This document shows positions 39,027 through 52,728 of a DNA stretch of 64,000 nucleotides, in pieces. Location: positions 22,630,001-22,694,000 of the forward strand of contig NC_081377.1 of assembly GCF_030684315.1 (NCBI RefSeq), given 5' to 3'. The stretch's first letter is position 1, and each line of letters begins with the position of its first letter. The DNA is from Stegostoma tigrinum (lineage: Eukaryota). The notes beneath the pieces were generated by a model. That model was given only the letters and a program-made list of their open reading frames with translations, ran no database searches and had not been told where the DNA came from. Position numbers and translations under genes: made by a program.

Positions 39027-41659
39027 AACTAGTAGACACGTCTGATAAAATGAGTGATAAAGCTACATTTGTGTAATGTTCATTTGGATCCAGGAGTTCT
39101 TTAACAATGTAACATTGGAAGCCATTTGATTCATTGATGCATTAGCTTGAAGCAGTGAAACTTTTAAACAGGAATCTTAAAAATCAAAGTAATTTTTATT
39201 TTATCTGTGTGGCATTATGGAGGGGAACTGCAATGATACGGAAAAATTGGTTTGAAGATACTGGAAGGCCTTCAAAAATAATCAAGTCTTGTCTACTTTT
39301 GAGTCTTAGTTTTAGATTTGTGAGGGCCAGAAACGTGCTGTGTGATTGACATATCCTATGTACAGTATTCTTTTATTATTGGTTTGTGTCATTTCAATAT
39401 TATTATTTGTCAGTGTGTTTCTGCTTGAATTTATTCAAAAGCGCATCTGTTTCCCAGGGGGAGAGACAGTTGGGTGTAATTTCTTCATGCAGTTCAACTG
39501 AAATGATGAGAGTGGATACTGTTCTAAATATCACACTAGCTCATTGGGAAGTGTGCAAGCTGTTTAACCTCCATGTTCCTGATTACTCAACTTGAGATTG
39601 TAAACATGATACAAACCAAAGATGAAGTGTCAGGTCCTACCAAATTGAATATGTTGTGTTCATAATTCATTTAGTTCTGAGTTTCAAATATGTTGTCAAA
39701 AATATTTTGCCTCGGAGTTAAATGAAAGAAAGTTATGAAAGGAATCATTTTGAATTGTAGTTTATATTAATGTTAGCGATGTTTGCCGTTTTGAACTAAA
39801 TTATCAATTGCTAAAAACTTTGTTTTATTCTTGGATGTGCCGTATGTATTTCTCAAACAAAAACGTATCCATCCCTGTAGGCAAGTGTTTTTAAACCTAT
39901 TTTATTGCATAAAAAGAAACTCATTTGACACTTGTCTAATTATTCTTCGTATGAAAATTGATCAATTTTTGTTAAACCCTAGCAATTGCACATATATAAT
40001 CAGTCTACTTAAGTATGTGAATTCCGTTGTTGAATTAAACGTCAGTTTGTCAATTTAATAACTGAGGGATATTAAATTTATGTCTTTGGGTATTTGGCAG
40101 GTGTGCATGAAAGCTAAATTTGTATTATTTGAGCTTGTAACATAAACTTCACTCAAACAAAGGAGTGTTAATGCTCTATGTTAGCCTCTCATTGTGAGGA
40201 ACTATATTTCACTTTAATTTTATGTCTCTGATCTATTCACAGAGATTATTCTTGACCTTTTTGCCTGCCAATTTCACTCAGCCCACTTAATTAAGAAGAA
40301 AACTTTATAGATAATAAAAGGAACACACTCTTTTTGGAGGTTTTACATTTGTACAATTTTACATTTGAAGTACCCTTCCCAAGTGACCATTTTTCATACG
40401 TGCAACGAGATGATGAATATTGGTAGGCTGTTTACCTTGACCACAGTCGTATTTTAATGCGAATGCACCGGTGATTGTACAGACTCACTGCTACTCTTCT
40501 CTCCTTTCTCCCCCCCCCCCCCCAAAAGCCCTGCTGTCTCCCTGGAACTTTGGACTTGAACATTGATATTTGTTGCTAAGCATTTTGGTGCAAGTATCTG
40601 TTGCCTTTTGTTTTATTCCAGTGTCAACAGTAGCAATATCTAATCAACTGATTGAATCATGTATATAATGTTTGAGGATTGGTGTTGACACATTTACTAT
40701 CACTTGGTGGTTGCCAGCTGTCAGTACGTGGCTCAGAAAATTATACTGGATTAACTGTTTGAATACTATATCTCCAAAAGCCCATATTTCAAATGTATAA
40801 GCTGTAACTACTGGAATTTATGCATTTCAGAAATAAATTAATGTAACTGGAGTTTGTTGAAGTGTCATAGAGAGCCTTCAAGGTACAATGTCTATTGAAT
40901 GACTAATGCTATTTTTCAGTGGTACATTTTAAGTCCAAGTGAATTATAACTTGTCGGTTTCAAGCAATATAGTCCTTTGTAGCAAGAAATTGATTTTGTG
41001 GTTTAAATTATGGAAAAAAAAAAGTCAAGCACATTTTTCTTTATAATAAAAGTGTACTGGTGACCCAATGAATAATTTGCTGTGTTTAGTCTTTGTGAAT
41101 TAACGGCAAGAAATGAAAAGAGGAGTTATTTTGCTGTGTGTTGAGTGTCCCAATTTTATTTGCCTTGTTCGAAACCAATTTGTGTTTACTAGAAATATTT
41201 ATCTACTCAGGAGCAAAACAAACATCACGTGCACATATATTTTTCATCATGTTTTCTGCCCCACATTAATGACAGTGAACAAAACGGAAAATACAATTGT
41301 CTCGGGTTTGTCGAGTCTCATCTCCAAACACAAGCATTGAATGTTGTATCTGAGTTGAAATGTCAGTCAGTCAGTTTAAATGAACAATAATAATCTTCCA
41401 CATTTGTTTTGTAGTATTACTTTTGCTGTGAATGTATTTTATTGTTTTTTTTCCCAAGTTTAACATTTCACAGTACAATTGCACATTGATTTATACACAA
41501 AGCTGTAGCTTGATGAAATCTTTTCAGGTCAGCCTGTACCCTGAGGCAATTTACTGAGCTGACTGCGTGCACTAGGAGGCTAGTTACACTGAATGTAACT
41601 GGCATGGTTTTTATTGGCTGTTTTAAAGAATACATTGCAGAAATGTTAATGTATTGCAG

Positions 41660-42812
41660 ATACATGCCTGATCAACACTTGAAATAACTGAAAAAGTACG
41701 AGTGGGGAGATGTGTTGTATTTAGATTTCCAGAAGGCATTCAATAAGGTACCATGCAAATAATTTGGGAAAAGAGCCCAGGGTGTTGGGGGTAGTATTTT
41801 GAGGTGGTTAGAGAGTTGGTTAATGGGCAGGAGACAGTGATTAAGGATAAGAGGTTTTTTCAGGTTAGCAACCTGTAGCCAGTAGGGTGCCACTGAAGTC
41901 AGTGCTGGGACCACAACTGTTTACAATATATCGTTATGATTTGAAGGAACAAAGTCAATGTAGCCAGACCTACAGTCAACACAAAAATGTGCGGAAAGGC
42001 AAGTTTTAGGAGAGGTGCAGGCAGTTTTCAGAGAGAAGTTTGAAAAGTGAAGTGGGCAGCAAGTTGACAAATAGAGTATAATGTCAAAAAATATGCAGTT
42101 TGTTTTGGAATGGAGAACTAACGAACACTTTTATTTAGATGAAAAATTTCAGAAAGCTGCAACACAAAGGTACTTGCGACAACTTGTGCACAAAACATAG
42201 AAAGCTAGTACACAGGTGCAGTAGCTAATGGGGAAAGGTAATGGAATGTTGACTCTTAATTCAAGAGGGTTGGAGTATAAGAGTAGGGATGTCTTAATGC
42301 AATGTACAAGATGCTGGTGACACCACAGCTAGAGTACTGTGAACAATTTTGGTCACCTTATTGAAGAAACTATAATATTTCATTGGAGGCTGTTCCAAGA
42401 ATGTTCGCAAGGATGATCTCCAGAATGGAGGAATAAGGTTGAGACTCTACTCATTGGAATTTGGATGAGAGGTGATCTCATTGAACCATATAGAATTCTT
42501 TAGGAGCTTGACAAGGTAAGTGCTGAAATATTGTTTCCCCTGATGGGAAAGCGGAGAGGGCATAATCTCAGAATGAAGGAGACCACTTTAGGCGTAACAT
42601 GAGGAATTTTCTTTGAAACTCTCCCACAGTGAGCTGTGGGGGCGAACTGTATATTTAAAGCAGTGATAGATGGATTCTTGATCAGGAGGGAGATCAAGGG
42701 GGAAAATGCAGGAAAATAAATATGAGGAGTGTCAGATGAGCCACGATCTAATTGAATGGTGGAGCAGTCTCAAGGGCCAAATAGCCTATTCGGTTCCTGT
42801 TTCTTATGGTGT
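41660..42812 (+). mobile_element. CR1 LINE RT and 3' fragment, degenerate
   Basis: TATTTAGATTTCCAGAAGGCATTCAATAAGGTACCA (YLDFQKAFNKVP), GGTGCCACTGAAGTCAGTGCTGGGACC (QGSVLGP-like), CR1 tail ending TCTTATG. Confidence 0.85.
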
Positions 42813-44997
42813 TGTGCTCCTGAATATTGCTGAGCCTCTGGCAGAAGCTGTTTCATGCAGATTTAAATATCATTGGGGATTCCATAGAGAGGGGTTTTTT
42901 TTTCAACAAAAAAGGCTTCTAATAGTTGTTACATAATATGTCGATCTGATAGAACAATGTGAATAAAACTCTTTACGTTCCTTTGTTTAGAATACTTGAT
43001 TTCACCACCTAACGCCAAAAAAAGTGCTTCAATGATTTGTCTGTACCTGTCTTGTGTCTTCAGTACAGAGAAAGCAGGGCAATAAATGAGAGTGCACAAA
43101 GCTGTACAATGTTGGAGAGAAATTGAAGAGAATTGTAAACTGTGAGGATTTAAATTATATTCTGTTCGATGATAAGGAGCTAATACAGGTCAGTGAGGCA
43201 ATAAGTCACCTCTAGGCAGTTGACCAGCGTTCCCTGTGCAGTGGAATTTTGAAGAATTTCTAGTTCCTAGAGCGTGGAGGTTTAAAGGCTAGCAAGGAAG
43301 GCATCTGGGAAATGACAAAAAATGAATTTTAAAGATGGTTCAACCTCCAGCAAAATTGGTGATTGGTATTATAACACTTACATTTCTCAAATCTATAACC
43401 TCAAAAGTTGAAGTCTAGACTTTGCATCACTGATAAGCTTGCACAGAGGATTAATTTGACCAGAATATTGTCATCTGAGATGGTGTGAGGCACTCATTGC
43501 ATATAATTTAAGATGTAGGAATACAATATTTTGCACTTCAAGAAAAATCGTACTGAATATAGTAGTTTTTTTTTTAATTATTAAAAGTGGTGGTGATTGG
43601 GAGAGGGGGTTAGGGGAAGCTTAACCATAGGTAGGTCTCCATAGGAGTACTTGTGCATTGAATTTGAATTGGTAGTGGCAGGCAAATAATGCTGATGCTG
43701 GAAATGAGAAACAAACTAAAAATATTGCAAATATAACAGTGAAACAGTGAAAGACAAACTGGCAATTGAAGTGGGTACTCTTGAGAACTTCAGATGTTCT
43801 CCTCTTGTATGACAAGATATCAAAGTCATTGCCATCTATTTTAATATTATATGAAACAGTTAGAATGGAACACGTCACACTTGGAAGATAATCAACAGGA
43901 TTATCATGCTGCTGTGAAAACTGGTCAGGGTGCCGAAGCTTGATTTTAAAAGCAGGTTAAATTGTACATGGTTGAAGCATTTGAAACTTCGAAGGTATGC
44001 AAGGCTGTTCAATAGAAGTTTGTGATAGATAAAAAGAAAAACTTGCCTTTTACATAGTGTCTTGCCCAAACACTGAAAATCTGAAGTCAGTGAAGTAATT
44101 TTATGGCATTGTCATTGTTATACTGTATAAAAAACAGCCAGTCTGCAGTAGTGGGAGCGTATGCAGCCACTGTTCCACCCACATAGAAATATGATTATGA
44201 TCAATGAGTCCATTATTTTCTGATGTTCATTGAGAGATAAGACCAGGCCACTGGGGATAACTAATACATTGGTTTTGGGATCTCTTACAACTAAGAAGTC
44301 AGAAGGAATCTTCTTTTCAGAATTCTTCGAAAGATAGCACATCAGTTCCACATGACTTTTATCCAAACGCTGGATTAGGACTTGAACTCTCAACTTTCTG
44401 ACCCAAAGATGAGCCTTCTACTAACTAAGCCATAGCTGATGCGTGCTGTAATTGCCAGAGCTGCCCTCATTTCATCTGTTTAGTTTGTATTAGATTTGGA
44501 GATCTCTTGTTGTTTTTAATCCTGGCAGGAAAATGTATTTTATAAGGGGAAAGCTGAACCTGTCATTTTTTTTGTAATTAGTTATCAGATTGCAGAAATG
44601 TGCTTATTAAAAAGGTGTTTCAGTTAGACAAGATTAATTGCATGGCTGTGTTAGTAGTGCCCCTTCAAAACCACCGAATGTTTTCAAGAAGGAAGTAGAT
44701 GTAGTTCTTGTGGCCAAAGGGAATGGGGACAAAGCAGGAGTTGGATGATCAGCTTGAGATCATATTGAATGGCAGAGCAGACTGAAAGGACCAAATGGCT
44801 TACTCCTCTTGACTGTTTCTTTTTGACCATCTAAATGTTGCATTGTTGCAGTATTTAGTATACACGTTCGGATTTGGTCTGCTTGTATGATATTTTCCAC
44901 CTTTCAGGACCAGCAAGAAGGAATTTTCATTGACTCTGAAATGATATCACTGCAATACATTTGAATTTGAGATGCAACTGTGCAGGTTTAACATTAT

Positions 44998-45320
44998 AGG
45001 GTGTGGCAGCACTGTGAATATGCTGTTGTCTTGAATAATCTGTGGCCTAAACACATGATTGAAGGGCATGAGTCAGATCCTACCATGGAACGGGGGAAAT
45101 TAAATTCAATTAATTCTTAAAATCCACAGTGAAAGAGCAACCTCTGTATTGCTGCTTGCAAAACTTTAGTTTTATTGTAGAACCCATCAAATTTGTCTTC
45201 CATGTCTGAAGGTATTCTACACTTCTGAGCCAGCCTGGCCTTGTACTCCACAGCCACACTAATATGGTGGCCCTTAGCTGTCCTCCTAAAATGGTACAGA
45301 CAAGCCACTCAGTCGTTTAT
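44998..45320 (+). mobile_element. Older copy of the same SINE family
   Basis: AGATCCTACCATGG...AAATTCAATTAA...CCTGGCCTTGTACTCCAC. Confidence 0.55.
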
Positions 45321-45874
45321 AGGAAGTTTCCTCAGATACACGAGGTCTTTCATGTCTGCTTGACCAATGTACCAAGCACTCCTGTTATAGTGTTTAGTGC
45401 CATCACTAGATTTTTCCAAATCTGGTGCCAAGAAACAATGCCTGGTGAGTTCCCAAACCAGCCTACCCAATAACCAGGCACTGTTAATTCAAAACCCAAT
45501 TCTGCTAGATCGGACTCTTCAATCACAAGCCCCCAGACTCCTAAAGCAACTCACTCTGAATGTGGTTATAGGAAACTTGCTGACAGGACATTGAAATTCT
45601 TTTGTGAACAATGAATCATCCCCGAAAAGGCCAAAAGTATCTGCTAACAAAGCAGAGGAGACACTAATCGACCAACACTGAAAACTCCTTCAAGAAAGGC
45701 ACCACAGAATGAGGTATGAAAATGCAAAGCTAAGACAGGGAAAGGAGCATATAAACCTACAACTAATCCTCCAAGCATCATGGCCTGTGTGCATGCATTC
45801 TACTCTTATGCATGGAACTGGAAGAATTCTCTTGCTCATTATTTTGACTCTATTTTAACAATCCAAGCATGTAG

Positions 45875-46210
45875 GGAGGCACGGTGGCTCAGCGTTTAGC
45901 ACTGTTTCCTTACAGCGCCAGTGACCCGGGTTTGATTCCAGCCTCGGGTGACTGTGCAAACTCTGCACTGACATTCTTCCTGTGTCTGTGTGGGTTTCCT
46001 CTGGGTGCTCTGGTTTCCTCCTACATTCCAAACATGTGCCTGCTATGTGGATTGGCCTTGCTAAATTGCCCGTAGTGTTCAGGGATGTGTAGATTAGGTG
46101 GGTTATAGCGGGGTGGGTCTGGGTGGGATGCACTGAGGTTCGGTGTGAGCTTGTTGGGCTGAGGGGCCAGTTTCCATGCCGTAGGGATTCTATGATCTAT
46201 TCTATGATCC
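45875..46210 (+). mobile_element. tRNA-derived V-SINE (HE1-like)
   Basis: GGCACGGTGGCTCAGCGTTTAGC...GGTTTGATTCC, V-domain, tail ending in (ATTCTATGAT)-like repeats. Confidence 0.85.
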
Positions 46211-47717
46211 AGTTGTAAGTCATTAACACAATGTCGCGCTGCATTGAAATGCATCCTACTGCATTGAACTGTGAATAGAATCCCTGGAATGGGGTACATG
46301 TTCTTCTGTTACCAAGGTGGTAATGTTACTTTGTTAAAATGAGACATGTTCTGGGTGGCCTGAATGATCTCTGAAACATAACCTGCTAGTTAAGTCTACA
46401 ATAGTTAATCCAAAACATCCCAACATGTATTATGTGAAAACATGAGTTAGAATGCACTCTAAGGAGTAACCAGGAGAAGATCTCATGGGGCGGGGGGAGA
46501 GGAGAGGAATGAAATTGGACAGTTCAGGTATTAATCTGTAGGAATTGACAGGTGACTGCTCCAATTTGAATGTGTACCTTCTTTGTGAATCTCTATTTTT
46601 AGGTGATGTCCTTCTGTGAATTTTCTTAGACATTGACATCAGTAGAAATTCTGTCCAGACTAATTCACATTACTACCACTTTGCACAAACCATTCATGCA
46701 TACCAGATGTTAGTAATTTGCAGGGTATTCATAAAAATATCCAAATTCCATCCCTCATGCCATAAAACCCCAGATGCTGTCAAGTCTGAGAACTGAATCA
46801 TTCCACCTTAATCTCCTCCATGATCTTGTTGCTTTACATTTATATTTAAACCACACAATTCCTTCCTATGTTTCAACAATTCAAGTATCAGCTACCATAT
46901 TATACCTTTTTGTGTTTTCCTTCCTGTCCTATTCTTGTGTCTTCTTCTAAACATACTTGCTTGACACTGAAATACATTTGAAAAAGCATTGGCTGCCTTC
47001 TGGCTGCTTCACCTAAGTGCCTGTTCTCAATTTGTAAACCCAGGTGGAGTGCTGAGTGAGCCAGTTAATCAGAATGGACAGTCTAGAAGAGCACAAAGTG
47101 ACTAACTTCACACTTGCAATCCATCAACCGTTGTTTCCCATTCGTGCACCCTATCCAACTCTCTTGAAAACTCCTTGTATCCACTTCACAAAATGTGTTC
47201 CCACCCTATTAGATGTCATCATCATCAACAAAATTGGGAACATTACAGTTGGTCCCCAAATCCAGATTTTTGTAGGATGAAGCTCATGTGGCTCCCTCAA
47301 TCTGACTACTACTACTTCACAAAGACTAATTTATTTGAGCTTTTCAGTAACAGAAGTCTATTGGTTATATAATGCTTCTCTATCTTCTTTGAAACCAGGC
47401 ACATAGTATCTGTGTAGTTTACTTGCCAATTCCGTTTTCCACTATAAATTCTCCTCCTGTATTTTATTTAAATTCTTTCCACCTGTAATGGGCACATGTT
47501 TATCCTTGCTTATGCTTTTCTTTTCATAAATTAACAGAAGCTGTTACAGTCTACCTTCATATTTCTTTTTAAATTGTATTTCCTGTCCATATCAAGTTCT
47601 TGGTTCTACTTTGTTGGATCCTAGACCACGTGCTTCAAATTTGTTCAATAACTTTCTGTGTGGCACTTTATCAAATGCTTTTGGGATATCTAAGTACAGT
47701 ATGTGTGCATGTGGAGA

Positions 47718-47800
47718 CAGCAAGAACTGCAGATGCTGGAGTCAGAGTTAACACGGTGTGGAGCTGGAGGAACACAGGTTAGGCAGCATCCGAGCAGTAG
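47718..47800 (-). mobile_element. Penelope-terminus fragment
   Basis: CAAGAACTGCAGATGCTGGAG...GGAGCTGGAGGAACACAG, similar to 60751-60810. Confidence 0.65.
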
Positions 47801-50800
47801 GGAATTTCTGCCTGTTTGTACTGCTTCCCTAGAGATTGTAACTTCGCAAAATTCCTCCCTCTGTCCACCTGCTAGTTCACAGCTTGTACTGGAATGTTTT
47901 TTTCTGATTAACCTATTCGATCATTCTCCTCTTTTTTTTATTTTCTGACATCGTCTGATTTATGTTTACACGATTAAATGCTTTTTGTTTAAGTTTCATG
48001 TTTTCGTTTTTGGACAATCATGGATGATGGGCCATCTGTTGAATGTGAATGTTTTCTTTATAATGGGAATGTACTCACTTTTCTTTTGATCCAACTTCTA
48101 AACTTCTCACTTAAGCTACCTCAGCTTCCATGCCCACATCATTGCCCTTACTTAAGTGGAAGGTTGTAGTCTTAGAGCTGCTCTTCTCCTGCTTTTGCCT
48201 CGAGGTGCCTTTACTCTGAGTTCACTAACTTCATGGTGACCATGTGCAAGGCAGGTGAGGCTTAAATTCTGTTTGAATTTTGAGGGAGCAGGATCTGAAA
48301 AGTTGCCTGGTTTCAAGCTTGTTGTGGAGTCCACAGGGAGATTCAGTGTTTTATTGCAAAATAATCATCTGAATTTAATTGAATGTGTTGAAGATCTGAA
48401 TAAAGAGCTGGGCATCCACAGTCAATTAATGGTAAATGCAAGATTTACCTTTGAATTGCTGGTTAGTGTAGCAAATAAGTCGCCTGTGATCTCAGTTCGA
48501 TCGATATCATAGTTTTGTAATTTCATGCTTTTCACAACATTGCTACAATTCTGCCTGTCCTTGCAACTTTGGTAAATTTGGCTATGTGGTTTTATGCCAA
48601 ATGGTAGTCCATCGTTCTGGACCCACTTATTGTGTGTAACTGTGATTGTGATGGTACAATGAAGTTATTGCCACTGTAGCCCAAAAGCAAAGAACTGATG
48701 TCTACTCATGTCTGGTGTTTATGTCTTAGGAATGGCTGTGAGTCAGGACTAATGGGCTCAATCAGGTTGAGTAAAGAGTTGAAATTTACGTCAGTTCCAG
48801 GAGCCTGAAAATATATCCGCATTTGTCTTTCCTGATTTCCACTCTCCACTTGTCCTGCTTGCCACCCCTTTATCTTATTGCCTCACTCCTTTGCCATTTT
48901 GCCTGACCCCTTCTTCGCCAGTCCTCTCATGGACAGAGTCGGTGAGAGGAAAGTGTGAATAGAAGAGGTAGTAGCAAGCAGGAGGGCCAAATAGCAAGCA
49001 ATGAGCAGGAATGTTGAGGGAGGAAATCAGCATATGGAAGGCTTGGGAAAGAATTTTAAAAAGAAACAGCAAGCAGGATGGAGCACTGTTAGGGGAGAGA
49101 ACTAGCAAGCAGGAATGAGGTGATGAGGTCAGGGATGGAAGGGGCACATCATGAAGTGGCATTTGAGAGGTTCAAAGAAGGAAGTGACGAGTCAGATAGC
49201 GAACAGGAGTCAAAATTAAAGAATTGATGTTGCTGAGTTAGTAAGAGAGATTCTGGTCTGTTTATTACTGCTGATTTAGTCATTCAGCAACCAGTTAGTA
49301 GAATTATTGAAGAAAAATTGATCTCAAAGACTTTGGACACATTAGAAACAAAAGACTTGGTAAGGGGATTATGAAAAGTTTTGGAGTTCTCGTCCAGATC
49401 TCCAAAGAGCCTCAGAAACCTATTTTGTTTTCTTGTGCAACATTTTAAACTGTGGATATTTCAAAATCAAGGGTCAGAATAATTTATTTTTGAGGGCTTC
49501 TTTTTGGTTTTAAGAGGCTCCATTTTCATTCTCACTGACTTTTTAAAATTAAATTATCAAATAGTATCACTTGCTGTATTAGGGTTGAACTTTTTGTTTT
49601 CGGTTTTCTTCTTCAAGTTAGGAGAGCACAATTATCAAATATTCTAGCGTACAGCCATCTTTATGGATTCCAAGTTAAAAGATTTACTTGTTATAAATCA
49701 CCCAGTCTCTCATCCCCAACCCTTTACCACAACTACAGCACAGATTCTGACATGTCCCTGTTCCCAAACCCCAAAGAAACGTGAGAGAAGGAGGTTTATT
49801 GCAATGAGAATAACTGTGGTTAGGAAAGGTAGTTGTTGTGTGATGAAATCCTGCATGCAGTTTTCAAGCTCACTAGCCTTTATGTGCCAAAAACACGAGA
49901 CACAACAAATGCTGGTTTCAACTGGGTCTGCTGACGTGGCAAAAATCAAAGTAACATTCGATGGAATTGCATGAGATGACTTCACTTGACCAACCAGCAT
50001 AACTATTCATGACATGAATAAATTGCTGAGCTGTTTTCCTCTTGACTCGTAACAGCTTTATGTAAAGAAAGCATTAAATTGATTGACAAGCATAGAAGTT
50101 GCAATTTCCGCATTTTCCAGCAATTAAAAACGCAAACCTCCTTGGCTATTTCTATTTTGAATCTGTCAAATTGAAACAAAAGTTGTTTTGACTTTAACCA
50201 TCGCCACCAATTTAAGTTTACTGTGGAATACTTAATGCAAGACAAAATCAAAATAATGTTTTTTTTAAAATTATTTTAATGAAGCGGTTTCAGGACTGCA
50301 CACGAAGCTAGAAGTCCACTTCAAATGCCGCCATAGTAACTTTAAAATTGAATTCTGGTGATTTGTGGTTTAGCCTATTACCATGTCAATGGTTAGGGAT
50401 AGTGTTCTCGCTCTTTTTACAAATCTATGATAAGTTTTTAAAATATCTGTTTTTATTTTTCGACTTGTGGTACAGATCTGCACATTGCCTTGATATTGAT
50501 GCAGACAAGACACAGGATTCTGTGTATGGATGGAAAACATGGAGAAAATGTAAATCTCTCCCAGATTTAGTTGGGTGCTGCTGTTCTTTGTACATCAGAT
50601 TTTGCATAATTCCTTCCTGTGTTTGCTAACTATGTTCCCATCCCATCTGGTTAGCTTCTGGTGTTTATCTCACTGTCTGCATCGAACGTTAAAAGTAATT
50701 GGAATACTGTCCAGTCAAAGTAAATATTTCTAAAACATAGAGAGCCCAACTTAAATTTTGAAGAGGCATTGTTTCAACCCTTCTCCAATTGGCAATGAAT

Positions 50801-51115
50801 TAACATTCAAATTGACATTCTAATCTTTTGCAAAAAAAAAGGAAGCTGACGTATTAACTCTCAAACTCGTTGAACAGGATATTGTGTTTAATTTTGCTCA
50901 GGTAATTCATGCAGCCGGAGAGAAACTTTGGGCAGTCCTAAGCCAGTTTTTAATGGGTATCAGTGTGTCTGCGATATTGCAAAGTGGCAATTAGGTCAGA
51001 AGTTTTGGCCTGGTGCAGTATGGAAAGCTGTAGTGCTTGGAACAGACTCTGAAAATTCAGACAAATTGTGTTGTGCATGATCTTGAATTTCTGATAAGTA
51101 CAATTTAAATTGCTG

Positions 51116-51241
51116 TCTGATGGGTCTAGGTCCGAAACGTCAGCTTTTGTGTTCCTGAGATGCTGCTTGGCCTGCTGTGTTCATCCAGCCTCACATTTTA
51201 TTATCTTGGATTCTCCAGCATCTGCAGTTCCCATTATCTCT
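51116..51241 (+). mobile_element. Short Penelope-terminus element (hammerhead box damaged)
   Basis: Reverse complement of the 14293-14420 / 52729-52819 terminus; CTGATG-GGTCTAGGTCC-GAAACGTC lacks 2 nt after CTGATG. Confidence 0.85.
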
Positions 51242-51879
51242 TAAATTTGAATTTGTTGTTTTTGGTTATTATTGGTTGAGTACTTGTGGATTTAAACTTG
51301 AGATATGATGGATTGGTTTCATAGTGCAGCAGTGCTATTCTTGAGGAGAAAAATACTTCTAAATTCATGCTGAAAACCAGGTAAAGAACTTTAATTTGGG
51401 AGTGCACGATGTCCGTACTGATTGCCCGAACTCTTATGCCTTGCACGCAAATATTCTTGTCGGTAAAACACGGTTATTTTTTGTTTAAAGAGAAGGTAGG
51501 CTACTTACTTGATTTGCAAAAGGAAATTGGAAATATTATAATGATAAGTTGTGCATGTTGCTGCCAGCTGGGTTGCTGAACCGCTATGAATGTTTCACAT
51601 AAATGATCTTGCAGCCAGATAACTTGCGTCTGAATGAGGGGAATAATTTTTTAAAATTCTAGTGGACACTAGGAAAAGATAAACATTCCTTCTGTTTTTG
51701 AAGTATTCGCAGCAATGGACCATGAATTTGTCTTCCAGTATAATAAAGCTAAATGTTTTAAAGATAAAATAATGGAGCATTTAGATCCAAACTAAATAAT
51801 ATAGGATGTCCATTTTAACTAGAGTCTGCTTTTCAGTGTGTGGCACTAAATCTTGCCAGGAGTGAGGCCGTAAAAATGG

Positions 51880-52728
51880 CGTATTTGGATTTAAAGAAGG
51901 CGTTTCATACAATTCATCATGAAAGGTAGAAATAAACATCAGTCCAAATATTCTTATAAATAAAAGAAATTAATTGACCAGTAGAATCCAGAGGGTTGTA
52001 ATGTGGAGGTTTCTAATTTGCTTTGAGATAAGATTGGCAAGGGAGGAAGTGAGGGAGAAGAATGGTCACGGTCAGTTTTACGACTTCACACATGAATAAC
52101 CTGGCTCGAGCAAAATGGCTTAGTTTGCAGACGATGCCAGGCTCTCAAAGGTAATAGCCTGCAATGCTGAAGAGAATCAATTACACAGACTTCAGAACAC
52201 ACTTGGATATCGGTCAGATTGAATTGCCACCTATGAGGAGAAGTGCACAACTTTAAACGTGGAATAAAAATAAGTCATAAGTGTTTCTCAAATGGATAGA
52301 AACAATGTGTACAGTGAATGAAGGAGATCCACAAACTTTGGTAATTGAAGCTATTGCAATCTTTGTTTTGACAGTGAGTGAAGCAAATCAGATTTTGCGG
52401 TGTCTTGAAAGGATGGTATTAAGCTGAAATAGTCAGTTAATCCGTTGAGTCCAAAAATGGTTGGTGTATATATAGTTACAACATTATGCCGGGTTCTGGT
52501 CACCATTGCCTGTAGAAGGGTATTGCAATGTTGGAAGGATACAAGAGAGGATAACCAGAATAACAATGGATTAGAATGTGAGGAAAGATGATATAAATTG
52601 ACCAGAGAGTCCCTGGAAAAGGGAAGTTTAAAAGGTGGAGCAAAAGTTGTTACTATCAGGATTCTGAAGGGACTAAATAATGTAGTCTGTGGCAAACCTT
52701 GTTTAGACCTGTAAAACTAGAGGGCATG
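51880..52728 (+). mobile_element. Old CR1 LINE fragment, host of the Penelope insertion
   Basis: YLDLKKAF and FADD-like codons; ACTAGAGGGCAT (TRGH) at the insertion site. Confidence 0.6.

Noticed and set aside
40510-40523. Poly-C run
   Set aside because: Isolated homopolymer with no further structure.
46430-46800. Possible ancient Penelope GIY-YIG tail remnant (QRRYTFKL...)
   Set aside because: Too decayed to support without a profile search.
49780-50350. Repeat-free intronic block with a YY1-like GCCGCCAT near 50327, possible conserved non-coding element
   Set aside because: A single motif with no conservation data available.
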